This document shows, in pieces, positions 26,919 to 33,836 of a stretch of DNA of 33,836 nt (position 1 is the stretch's first letter; each line of letters opens with the position of its first letter). A model generated the notes under the pieces. It ran no database searches. It saw nothing but the letters and a program-made list of their open reading frames with translations, and was not told the origin of the DNA. The translations under genes were made by a program, and so were the position numbers. Origin of the DNA: Porphyromonadaceae bacterium (GTDB lineage: Bacteria > Bacteroidota > Bacteroidia > Bacteroidales > UBA11471); contig JAJQIP010000149.1 in assembly GCA_021199145.1 (NCBI GenBank), forward strand, positions 1-33,836, in the 5' to 3' direction.

Positions 26919-28304
26919 CTACTGCCAACCGCCGCCCAAAGCCTTATAGAGCTGGACAAAAGCCAATTGTTTGCTAAGGATGGAATTGCTCAGGCTGATT
27001 TGGGCATCGAAATATCCACGTTGGGCGTCAAGCACATCGAGGTAACTGATATATCCGTTGATATATTGTAGGTTGGCTAGTTTATTGTTGCTGAACGCTG
27101 CCTGTTCCAACTCCTGATAGGCCTTGAATACTTCTTCACTTTTGTTGTAGGTGACAATGGCATCCCGTACATCCTTGAAGGCGGTCAGCACCTGTTTTTC
27201 GTACAGATAAACGCTCCGTTCGTAGGCCACTTTCTTGGCTCTGTGCTGGATAATGTTGCGTCCCATGGAAAAGAGGGGCGTAAGGAGGTCCGCTCGTAAC
27301 AGATGGGTCGGTGATCGGAGGAGGTTGCTTATTTCGTCACTTTCCGCACCAAGGGCGGCCGTGAGAGTTATTCTCGGGAACATGTTGGTAAGGGCAATGC
27401 CCACATCGGCATTGGCGGCCATAAGGGCTTTTTCTGCCGCCCGGACATCTGGCCGGCGTTCAAGCAGGGAAGAGGGGAGTCCCATCGGCAACGTTTGCGG
27501 TAACAAATCGGCCGAATAGTTTGTGCTTCGCTCAATATATTGAGGAAATGACCCGGTGAGCAGACTTATTTCATTTTCTTTGGTGGCGATGGAGCGTTCG
27601 AGGTTAGGTATAAGGGTGGCCGTACGAGCCAATTCCACTTGGGCCTGTTGGAACGATGTCTCGGAGGTGAGTCCTCCTTCGAAACGAAGTTTGGCCAGTC
27701 GGACTCCCTCTTTACGGGCGTTGAGGGTCTGTTTGACGATGGAGAGTTCATGGTCTAAGGCGACAAGTTCAAAATAGGATTGGGCCACTTGTGCCACAAG
27801 GCTTACTTGTAGAGCCCTTTGGTTCTCAATACTTTCCTGTAATTGGTCTTTTCCTTTCTCCGCTCCCCAACGCAAATTTCCCCATAGGTCGACTTCCCAG
27901 GATACAAGTACTTTGATGCCGCTTTCCGGGTCATTGTCATAGGCGTTTCCCCCATAATTTTCAGCGTCTTTTTCGGCATAGATAGTACCGCTAATTTGAG
28001 GAAGGATTTTACTGACATCAATGCGTCTAGAGGCGGCCATTTCTTTTACTCGGGCGGCAGCGGCCAGGAAGTCCTTGTTATTCTCAAGAGTCTGGCGAAT
28101 AAGATTTTGCAGAATGGTATCGGCATATATTTCCCACCAGTGCATGTCGGCTATCGAGAAGGAGTCAGCCACCGCGACCGTGGAATCCAACTGTTCAGGT
28201 AATTCCATTTCCGGACGTGTGTATTTTTTCCCAATCTTACACGAAGATAGGATGGTAAGCAGTAGCGTGCAAAACAGAAGGCAAATGTATCGGGCTGGTT
28301 TCAT
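26919..28304 (-). CDS. RND efflux outer-membrane factor lipoprotein (TolC/NodT family)
   Basis: Signal peptide with the lipobox ILSSC and a two-repeat outer-membrane efflux protein architecture. The start overlaps the RND pump stop codon (ATGA). Confidence 0.9.
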   Translation of the reverse strand: MKPARYICLLFCTLLLTILSSCKIGKKYTRPEMELPEQLDSTVAVADSFSIADMHWWEIYADTILQNLIRQTLENNKDFLAAAARVKEMAASRRIDVSKILPQISGTIYAEKDAENYGGNAYDNDPESGIKVLVSWEVDLWGNLRWGAEKGKDQLQESIENQRALQVSLVAQVAQSYFELVALDHELSIVKQTLNARKEGVRLAKLRFEGGLTSETSFQQAQVELARTATLIPNLERSIATKENEISLLTGSFPQYIERSTNYSADLLPQTLPMGLPSSLLERRPDVRAAEKALMAANADVGIALTNMFPRITLTAALGAESDEISNLLRSPTHLLRADLLTPLFSMGRNIIQHRAKKVAYERSVYLYEKQVLTAFKDVRDAIVTYNKSEEVFKAYQELEQAAFSNNKLANLQYINGYISYLDVLDAQRGYFDAQISLSNSILSKQLAFVQLYKALGGGWQ

Positions 28305-31300
28305 GAGGGTAGCTTTTTCAAAGAACGATTGCCTTTTAGTTTATAAATGTAGACGAAGAAGAAGGGAACGAACAGTATGCCTATTACTACAGCGGCAATC
28401 ATACCGAAGAATACCCCTGTACCGATGGCTTGCCGGCTTGCCGCTCCCGGACCGCTGGCCAGCACCATGGGAAGCATACCTAAAATAAATGCCAAGGAGG
28501 TCATCAGGATAGGGCGGAAACGGAGTTTGGAAGCGTTAAGAGCCGCTTCGATGACCCCAACACCCGCCTCGACCTCTTTCTTGGCAAATTCGATAATGAG
28601 AATGGCATTTTTGGCCGACATACCCATTAGTACGACAAGTCCTATCTGAAAGTAGGTGTTGTTTTCCAACCCGCAAATCCAGACTCCCAAGTAACCCCCC
28701 AATGCGGCTATAGGCAAAGAGAGCAGAACCGCCAAAGGAATAATCCAACTTTCGTATAGGGCAGCCAGGAAAAGGAAGACAAAGATGAAGACGAGGGTTA
28801 ATATTATGCCTGTCTGTCCTCCGTTCTTTTTCTCCTGATATGACAGACCGCTCCATTCCACCCCGATGTTGGAGGGCAGATGGGTCTGGGCAATCTTCTC
28901 GAGGGCGGCCATGGCTTGTCCTGTACTGTACCCTTTAGCCGCTTCGCCTCTGATGACAGAAGCGTTGAACATATTGAACCGTTTGATACTCCCCGGTCCT
29001 GTGGTATAATCGGCATCCCCTAACGAGGTCAAGGGAATCATTGCATTGTCTTTTCCCTTGACAAAGAAGAGGTTGAGGTTTTCCTTGAATTTCCGATAGG
29101 GAGCTTCCGCTTGGATGTAGACCCGATAGACCCGGTTGAACAAATTGAAGTCGTTCACATAGACAGATCCCGTATAGGCTTTCATGGTCGCGAATACATC
29201 GGCCAGGGGAACCCCGGCAAATTTCACTTTATCTCGGTCTACGTTGAAGTAGAGTTGCGGTATTTCGGCTTGTAATGAGGAGGATAATCCGGAGAGTTCT
29301 TTGCGTTGTGACGCATAGTACATGAGGGTGTCGACGGCTTGTGTCAGATTGTCTAAAGTGGCATCGCCACGTGTTTCCAGTTGCATCTCAAAACCTCCGG
29401 AACTGCCTAATCCCGGAATGACAGGCGGAGTAGAGAGATAAACTTTGCTTTCAGGATATTTTTCCAGTTCCTCCCGCACACGCGACATCACCTCTTTAAT
29501 GTTTTCATTGTCCCGTTCCCGCCACGATTTCAAGATGACGGTCAACTCGCTGTGATTTTGGCTGGTCCCTACTCGAGGACTGCTTCCCGTCACATTTTGG
29601 ACATAAGCTACAGAGGGGTCTTTTTGGATAAACTCGATGGCTCGGTCGGTCACTTTCCGCATACGTTCGAGCGTCGCCCCTTCAGGCAATTCCAGTTCCA
29701 CTTTGAAATATCCTTGGTCCTCGGTGGGGAGGAAGCTGGTGGGGATGGTGTGGTTGAGTAGTAGGATGATAACAATTCCTATCCCGTAGGCCAATATGGT
29801 CCGATGGGGATTGGCGATGAATTTCGAGATGATGTGTATATATTTTTGGTTGCCTGTGCGCAGCCATAGGTTGATATAGCGGAAGACGAAATTTTTCTTT
29901 TGTTTGGTTTCAGGTCTCAGTATGAGAGAACACATGACCGGGCTTAACGTAAGGGCCACTACGGTAGAGATGATGACCGATACGGCGATGGTAATGGTAA
30001 ATTGACGGTATAGCGTACCGGTTATGCCCGATAGAAAACTGACGGGAACGAATACAGCGACCAGTACTAACGAAGTGGCGATAAGGGCGTTGCTTAGTCC
30101 GTTCATAGCCTTTTTGGTCGCTTCGTAAGGGGTGGTCTTTTCATTTTCCATGATACGCTCGATGTTTTCCACCACAATGATGGCATCATCGACGACAATA
30201 CCGATGGCCAGAACCAATCCCAAAAGGGTCAGAGTATTGAGCGAAAAGCCGAAAATAAGCATAAATCCGAATGTCCCGATAAGTGAGATAGGGATGGCGA
30301 TGATAGGGATTAACGTGGCCCGCCAGTTTTGTAGGGAGAGGAAAACGATGATGAGGACTAAAAGCAGGGCTTCGAAAAGGGTCTTGTAGACCTCATGGAT
30401 TGATTCGGAAATATAGTTCGTCATATCGAAGGGAATTTCATAAGATATCCCTTCGGGAAAGTTGGCGCTGATCTCTTCCATGGCTGTTTTCACGCTCTCG
30501 GCGACTTCCATGGCATTCGCACCGGGTAACATGTAGATATTCAGTATGGCGGCATTTTCCCCGTTGATGCCGCTCTCCGTGTTATACGAGGCCGCTTCGA
30601 GAGAAACACGGGCTACATCTCTCAACCGGATGATGGAACCGTCTCGGTTGGCCCGTACCACAATCCGCTCAAATTCATCTGCAGTGGAGAGTCGTCCCTG
30701 TGTAGTGATAGGAATGGTGACATCGACATTTTCTGCCGGTTGTTGCCCCAATACACCGGCCGCCGCTTCGCTGTTCTGGTCTTTCAAGGCGGTTTGCAGG
30801 TCTTTGATGGTAAGTCCGAAACTAGCCAGTTTATCCGGTTGAACCCATATCTGCATGGCGTAGGAACGTCCTCCCACATTGGATACTCGTCCTACCCCCG
30901 GGATACGGCGTATAAGGTCAATGACGTTGAGGGTGGCAAAGTTGCTCAAATAGATTTCGTCGAATTTGGGGTCGGACGAGGTGAGGCAGATGGTCATCAA
31001 TTGGCTGGGTGACTGTTTCTCGACAGAGACGCCATTCTGTATGACTTCGGCCGGTAAGCGAGCTTCGGCTAGTTTTAGCCGGTTTTGTACCTCCACAGCT
31101 GCCAGATTGGCATCGGTTGAGACATCAAATGTAACGGTCGCCGAAAAACCTCCAGCATTGGAACTGGTCGATTCCATGTAAATCATACCCGGAGTACCGT
31201 TGAGTTCCTGTTCGATAGGGGTAGCCACCGCTTGGGTAACGGTCAGGGCACTTGCACCGGGATAGGAGGCGGCTATTTTGACTACGGGTGGGGTAATTTG

Positions 31301-31411
31301 CGGGTATTGGTCTATAGGAAGGAACATCAGCCCTATACATCCTACAATGACGATGAGGATAGAGATGACGATAGAGAATACAGGATGATCGATGAAGAAA
31401 TTAACTTTCAT
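28301..31411 (-). CDS. RND multidrug efflux permease (AcrB/HAE1 family)
   Basis: 1036 aa with a 12-TM topology, two large periplasmic loops and conserved TM4 acidic residues (IGIVVDDAIIVVEN). Confidence 0.95.
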   Translation of the reverse strand: MKVNFFIDHPVFSIVISILIVIVGCIGLMFLPIDQYPQITPPVVKIAASYPGASALTVTQAVATPIEQELNGTPGMIYMESTSSNAGGFSATVTFDVSTDANLAAVEVQNRLKLAEARLPAEVIQNGVSVEKQSPSQLMTICLTSSDPKFDEIYLSNFATLNVIDLIRRIPGVGRVSNVGGRSYAMQIWVQPDKLASFGLTIKDLQTALKDQNSEAAAGVLGQQPAENVDVTIPITTQGRLSTADEFERIVVRANRDGSIIRLRDVARVSLEAASYNTESGINGENAAILNIYMLPGANAMEVAESVKTAMEEISANFPEGISYEIPFDMTNYISESIHEVYKTLFEALLLVLIIVFLSLQNWRATLIPIIAIPISLIGTFGFMLIFGFSLNTLTLLGLVLAIGIVVDDAIIVVENIERIMENEKTTPYEATKKAMNGLSNALIATSLVLVAVFVPVSFLSGITGTLYRQFTITIAVSVIISTVVALTLSPVMCSLILRPETKQKKNFVFRYINLWLRTGNQKYIHIISKFIANPHRTILAYGIGIVIILLLNHTIPTSFLPTEDQGYFKVELELPEGATLERMRKVTDRAIEFIQKDPSVAYVQNVTGSSPRVGTSQNHSELTVILKSWRERDNENIKEVMSRVREELEKYPESKVYLSTPPVIPGLGSSGGFEMQLETRGDATLDNLTQAVDTLMYYASQRKELSGLSSSLQAEIPQLYFNVDRDKVKFAGVPLADVFATMKAYTGSVYVNDFNLFNRVYRVYIQAEAPYRKFKENLNLFFVKGKDNAMIPLTSLGDADYTTGPGSIKRFNMFNASVIRGEAAKGYSTGQAMAALEKIAQTHLPSNIGVEWSGLSYQEKKNGGQTGIILTLVFIFVFLFLAALYESWIIPLAVLLSLPIAALGGYLGVWICGLENNTYFQIGLVVLMGMSAKNAILIIEFAKKEVEAGVGVIEAALNASKLRFRPILMTSLAFILGMLPMVLASGPGAASRQAIGTGVFFGMIAAVVIGILFVPFFFVYIYKLKGNRSLKKLPS

Positions 31412-31421
31412 GCAGTTGGCG

Positions 31422-32681
31422 TTACGGCTGTTCGTCTATATATTCATTATCGACCTTTATCTTCATTCCCGGCAGCAATTTGTGATAGCCTTCCACGATG
31501 ATGTTCTCTCCGGCGGCCAGACCCCGTTCTACTACAACAGAATTGTCTTGTTGCGGCCCCAATTCAATGAATCTTTTTTCAGCGGTGTCATTTTCTCGGG
31601 CTACATAGATATAGGCGCCGCCTTTCTCGATGATGACGGCTTTCATGGGAACCGTTACGGCATTTTCACGTACATCAAGTAGCAGCAACACTTTGGTCGC
31701 CTGTCCTGGCAGGAGCACATGGTCGGGATTGGGCATTTCGGCCCGTACCGAGAAGGTGCCGGTCAGAGGGTCAACTTGCGGCTCGGCAAAATCAACTAAC
31801 CCTTTGTAGGGGTATTGGGTATTATCAGCCAACGTAATGGTGATATAGGGTTGCCAGGAGCGGTTTTCAACTTTTTCTCCCAAATTGACATTCCGTTCCT
31901 TGCTTTTCAGATAGTCGAGGGCCGTCATGCTGAAATCGACCAATACGGTGTCGCTCTTCACAATAGTGGCCAGTTGCGACTTCCCGTTGGTCCCCACAAG
32001 GGTACCCAGGTCAACCAACCGTTCGCTGATGTTTCCCGCAATGGGAGAGCGTACCACGGTGTAATCCAACTCCATTTGCGCCTGATCCAGGTCAGCCTGA
32101 CTCATAATGACGGAGGCTTTGGCACTCTCATAGGCAGCGGTAGCGTTATCGAGGTCGAGTTGGCTGGCCGCATTCTGTTCATAGAGGGGGCGGATACGTT
32201 CCAGGTCATGTTGGGTCTTGCGTTCCTGGGCTTGGTCTTTCTTCAATTGGGCCAAGGCCTTATCGGCTTTGGCTTTGTATTGCCGTTGGTCGATGACAAA
32301 GAGCACTTGGTTTTTCTTCACATAAGAACCTTCTTTGAACAGCATTTTCTCAAGGAAACCTTCAACCCGTGCGTGTACCTCTACAAATTGTTGCGCCCGT
32401 ACACGGCCGACATATTCCCCATATACACCCACATCGTTTTGGGTGGCTTTCATGGTAGATACAATGGCGTATTCTTCTTGCGGCTTCTCTTTCCTGACAA
32501 AGATGAAATAAAGGACAATGGCGGCGACAATTATCACAAAGGTAGGAATGGCCTTTTTTTTGTTGGTAAAGAATTCACGGAAAAAGGCCTTTATTTTGTT
32601 TAGGTACAGAAGGAGTCTTTCCCATGTTCTCTGTGGGGAAATCTCTTTTTTCCAGATGCGAAAAGTATAGTGTTTTTTCAC
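31422..32681 (-). CDS. RND efflux periplasmic adaptor (membrane fusion protein)
   Basis: It shows the barrel-sandwich, coiled-coil hairpin and beta-barrel order typical of the HlyD/AcrA family. It has a single N-terminal TM anchor (IPTFVIIVAAIVLYFIFV). The only canonical in-frame start upstream of the anchor is GTG 32681, which gives a ~44-aa basic cytoplasmic extension. Confidence 0.88.
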   Translation of the reverse strand: MKKHYTFRIWKKEISPQRTWERLLLYLNKIKAFFREFFTNKKKAIPTFVIIVAAIVLYFIFVRKEKPQEEYAIVSTMKATQNDVGVYGEYVGRVRAQQFVEVHARVEGFLEKMLFKEGSYVKKNQVLFVIDQRQYKAKADKALAQLKKDQAQERKTQHDLERIRPLYEQNAASQLDLDNATAAYESAKASVIMSQADLDQAQMELDYTVVRSPIAGNISERLVDLGTLVGTNGKSQLATIVKSDTVLVDFSMTALDYLKSKERNVNLGEKVENRSWQPYITITLADNTQYPYKGLVDFAEPQVDPLTGTFSVRAEMPNPDHVLLPGQATKVLLLLDVRENAVTVPMKAVIIEKGGAYIYVARENDTAEKRFIELGPQQDNSVVVERGLAAGENIIVEGYHKLLPGMKIKVDNEYIDEQP

Positions 32682-32862
32682 TGGGGAAGGGATTTTGTTA
32701 TGATGAAAATCTCAGAAGGCTCTTTTTACAAATCTCCGCTAAAGTTGTTCTGAAAAATCGTTATATTAAGTTGATGAGAGACAATACTTTTTTTGTCCCT
32801 CATATAATACTTACAATTATTTTTTCACTTCCATTTAACCGAATGGACGGTGTCGTTTGAGA

Positions 32863-32870
32863 CAAAGATA
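32863..32870 (-). promoter_or_regulatory. candidate -7 box (TATCTTTG on the minus strand) for the efflux operon
   Basis: The plus strand reads CAAAGATA, ~180 nt upstream of the adaptor start. This rests on the motif match only and implies a long leader. Confidence 0.3.
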
Positions 32871-33230
32871 ATGCTTTTTGAGATAAATGAATGATTTATA
32901 AATATAAATTATGAAAATATGCTGCGCTTTGTGCCAATATAGGTTACAAAATCTGCATTCATTCAAAAAAATCGGGTCATGCGAATGAATGTTTGTTGAT
33001 AATTTTAGTTAGTGACAATCTTTATTGGATATCTTAAATATAGTTGCAATCGAACTTCTAAAGGTGGCAAGCTAAGTGTCCAAATTTTCCATATCAATAC
33101 GTATTGGCAATGTTTGAAATTATTCTTGTAAAATGGAATTAAAGAAGTTGTTTTTACGTTGAAGTTAAAAATAAAAATTAATGGCTATTTATTAGTCTAG
33201 TTCAAAAAAATATTTTATATAGTTTAAATT

Positions 33231-33836
33231 TTATTCATTAATTTCTTTAAAATATCCGTTACATATATCATGTGGAAAAGCATGAGAGCTAATAAATGAT
33301 TGCCAGTTTTCAACTAACTTTGTTTTATCAACGTCTGTAAATTTGGTCTTGGAAATTATTCCAGCAAGTCGTCCTCCGTAATAAAGTATATCTGATTTTA
33401 ATTCCGCAGATATTTTTTTGGCATCAATGATCCTTTGTGGTAGTACAGAGAGAATTTCGAATAGAAATTTAAGGTTCTGCTTTTTTATAATATTGTGTTC
33501 AATCCATATCTGGAGAAATAATAATGTATATCCTGTCTCAGAATCGAGGAGATATCGCACATGATCAATAGGTGTTTTTATTATCTTTTGAATTGAGAAA
33601 ACTTTTTTAGCTAATTGTTTGCATTCTGCCGCCGCATAGAATGCATCCTCCATTCTATCGCTGTTTGAGGACAACATGTCTTTTTCAAGGCAACTTTTTA
33701 TGAATTGTTGGTTATTTTTGAAAATTTCACTGGTGTTTTCTACTTTATTAATATACGTCAAACGAACAATGGCCCTAATCAATGGATATGAATCATGTAA
33801 TGACTTAAATTTCTCAATTAATTCATATCTTAAATC
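33231..33836 (-). CDS. hypothetical protein, low-GC, 5' end off-window (C-terminal ~200 aa seen)
   Basis: The minus-strand frame is open to the window edge (DLRYELIEKFKSLHDSYP precedes the TTG that the track used as a start). The composition is K/I/N/E-rich and helix-prone. I recognise no motif. Confidence 0.55.
   Translation of the reverse strand, partial: DLRYELIEKFKSLHDSYPLIRAIVRLTYINKVENTSEIFKNNQQFIKSCLEKDMLSSNSDRMEDAFYAAAECKQLAKKVFSIQKIIKTPIDHVRYLLDSETGYTLLFLQIWIEHNIIKKQNLKFLFEILSVLPQRIIDAKKISAELKSDILYYGGRLAGIISKTKFTDVDKTKLVENWQSFISSHAFPHDICNGYFKEINE

Noticed and set aside
32554-32561. An A8/T8 homopolymer lies in the adaptor N-terminal coding region, which could be a slipped-strand phase-variation switch.
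   Set aside because: The tract simply encodes the KKK just before the membrane anchor. Eight nucleotides is short for efficient slippage, and I see no alternative downstream start that would make an ON/OFF switch meaningful.
32624-32860. A 78-aa plus-strand ORF overlaps the adaptor start region. A 71-aa ORF at 16258-16473 overlaps the polyprenyl synthase 3' end.
   Set aside because: Both are antisense or overlapping with real genes or the leader, have implausible low-complexity sequence and lack any motif.
32911-32988. A 25-codon Cys-rich small ORF (MKICCALCQYRLQNLHSFKKIGSCE) sits in the AT-rich spacer.
   Set aside because: I recognise no promoter box or ribosome-binding context. It overlaps the 9-bp inverted repeat, and ORFs of this length arise by chance. 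It cannot be supported without conservation or expression data.
33065-33080. A sigma-54-like element, TGGCAAGCTAAGTGTC, was noticed.
   Set aside because: The -12 element is GT rather than GC, and there are further mismatches to TGGCACG-N4-TTGCW. No plus-strand gene lies downstream.

Overview
This 33.8-kb window is chromosomal DNA that consists mostly of housekeeping genes and looks like a Bacteroidales (Bacteroidota) genome. The taxonomic call rests on four things: repeated TAnnTTTG -7 promoter boxes upstream of genes, a relic of a type IX secretion C-terminal sorting domain, a bacterial GH3-family gene, and the DUF4271/hemD-like/rnpA/yidD/tatD/tyrS gene order (the last recalled from memory). 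I call 27 intact protein genes, two of them cut by the window edges: a PfkB sugar kinase (5' end off-window), a DEAD-box helicase, a GH3-family protein, metG, a GT2 glycosyltransferase, a 2-hydroxyacid dehydrogenase, an SpmA/B-like membrane protein, ybeY, mnmG, apt, uvrC, dtd, a MazG-like protein, deoC, a polyprenyl synthase, polA, ychF, a LOG-family protein, a DUF4271-like protein, a hemD-like protein, rnpA, a tatD-like hydrolase, tyrS, a three-gene RND efflux operon and one unknown low-GC gene at the right edge. There is also one tRNA-Gln(UUG) and two strong hairpin terminators. I see no CRISPR array, transposase, integrase or recognisable multi-gene defence system inside the window. Three anomalies are visible directly in the sequence. 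First, yidD is interrupted by a single in-frame TAG, and its frame runs without a break into the tatD-like gene. Second, a decayed T9SS sorting-domain relic is wedged between the polyprenyl synthase gene and the deoC terminator. Third, GC content drops sharply over the last ~1.1 kb, which carries an unrecognisable gene that continues off-window and may be the edge of an accessory island. Everything else looks ordinary, and the interest scores are kept modest to reflect that.
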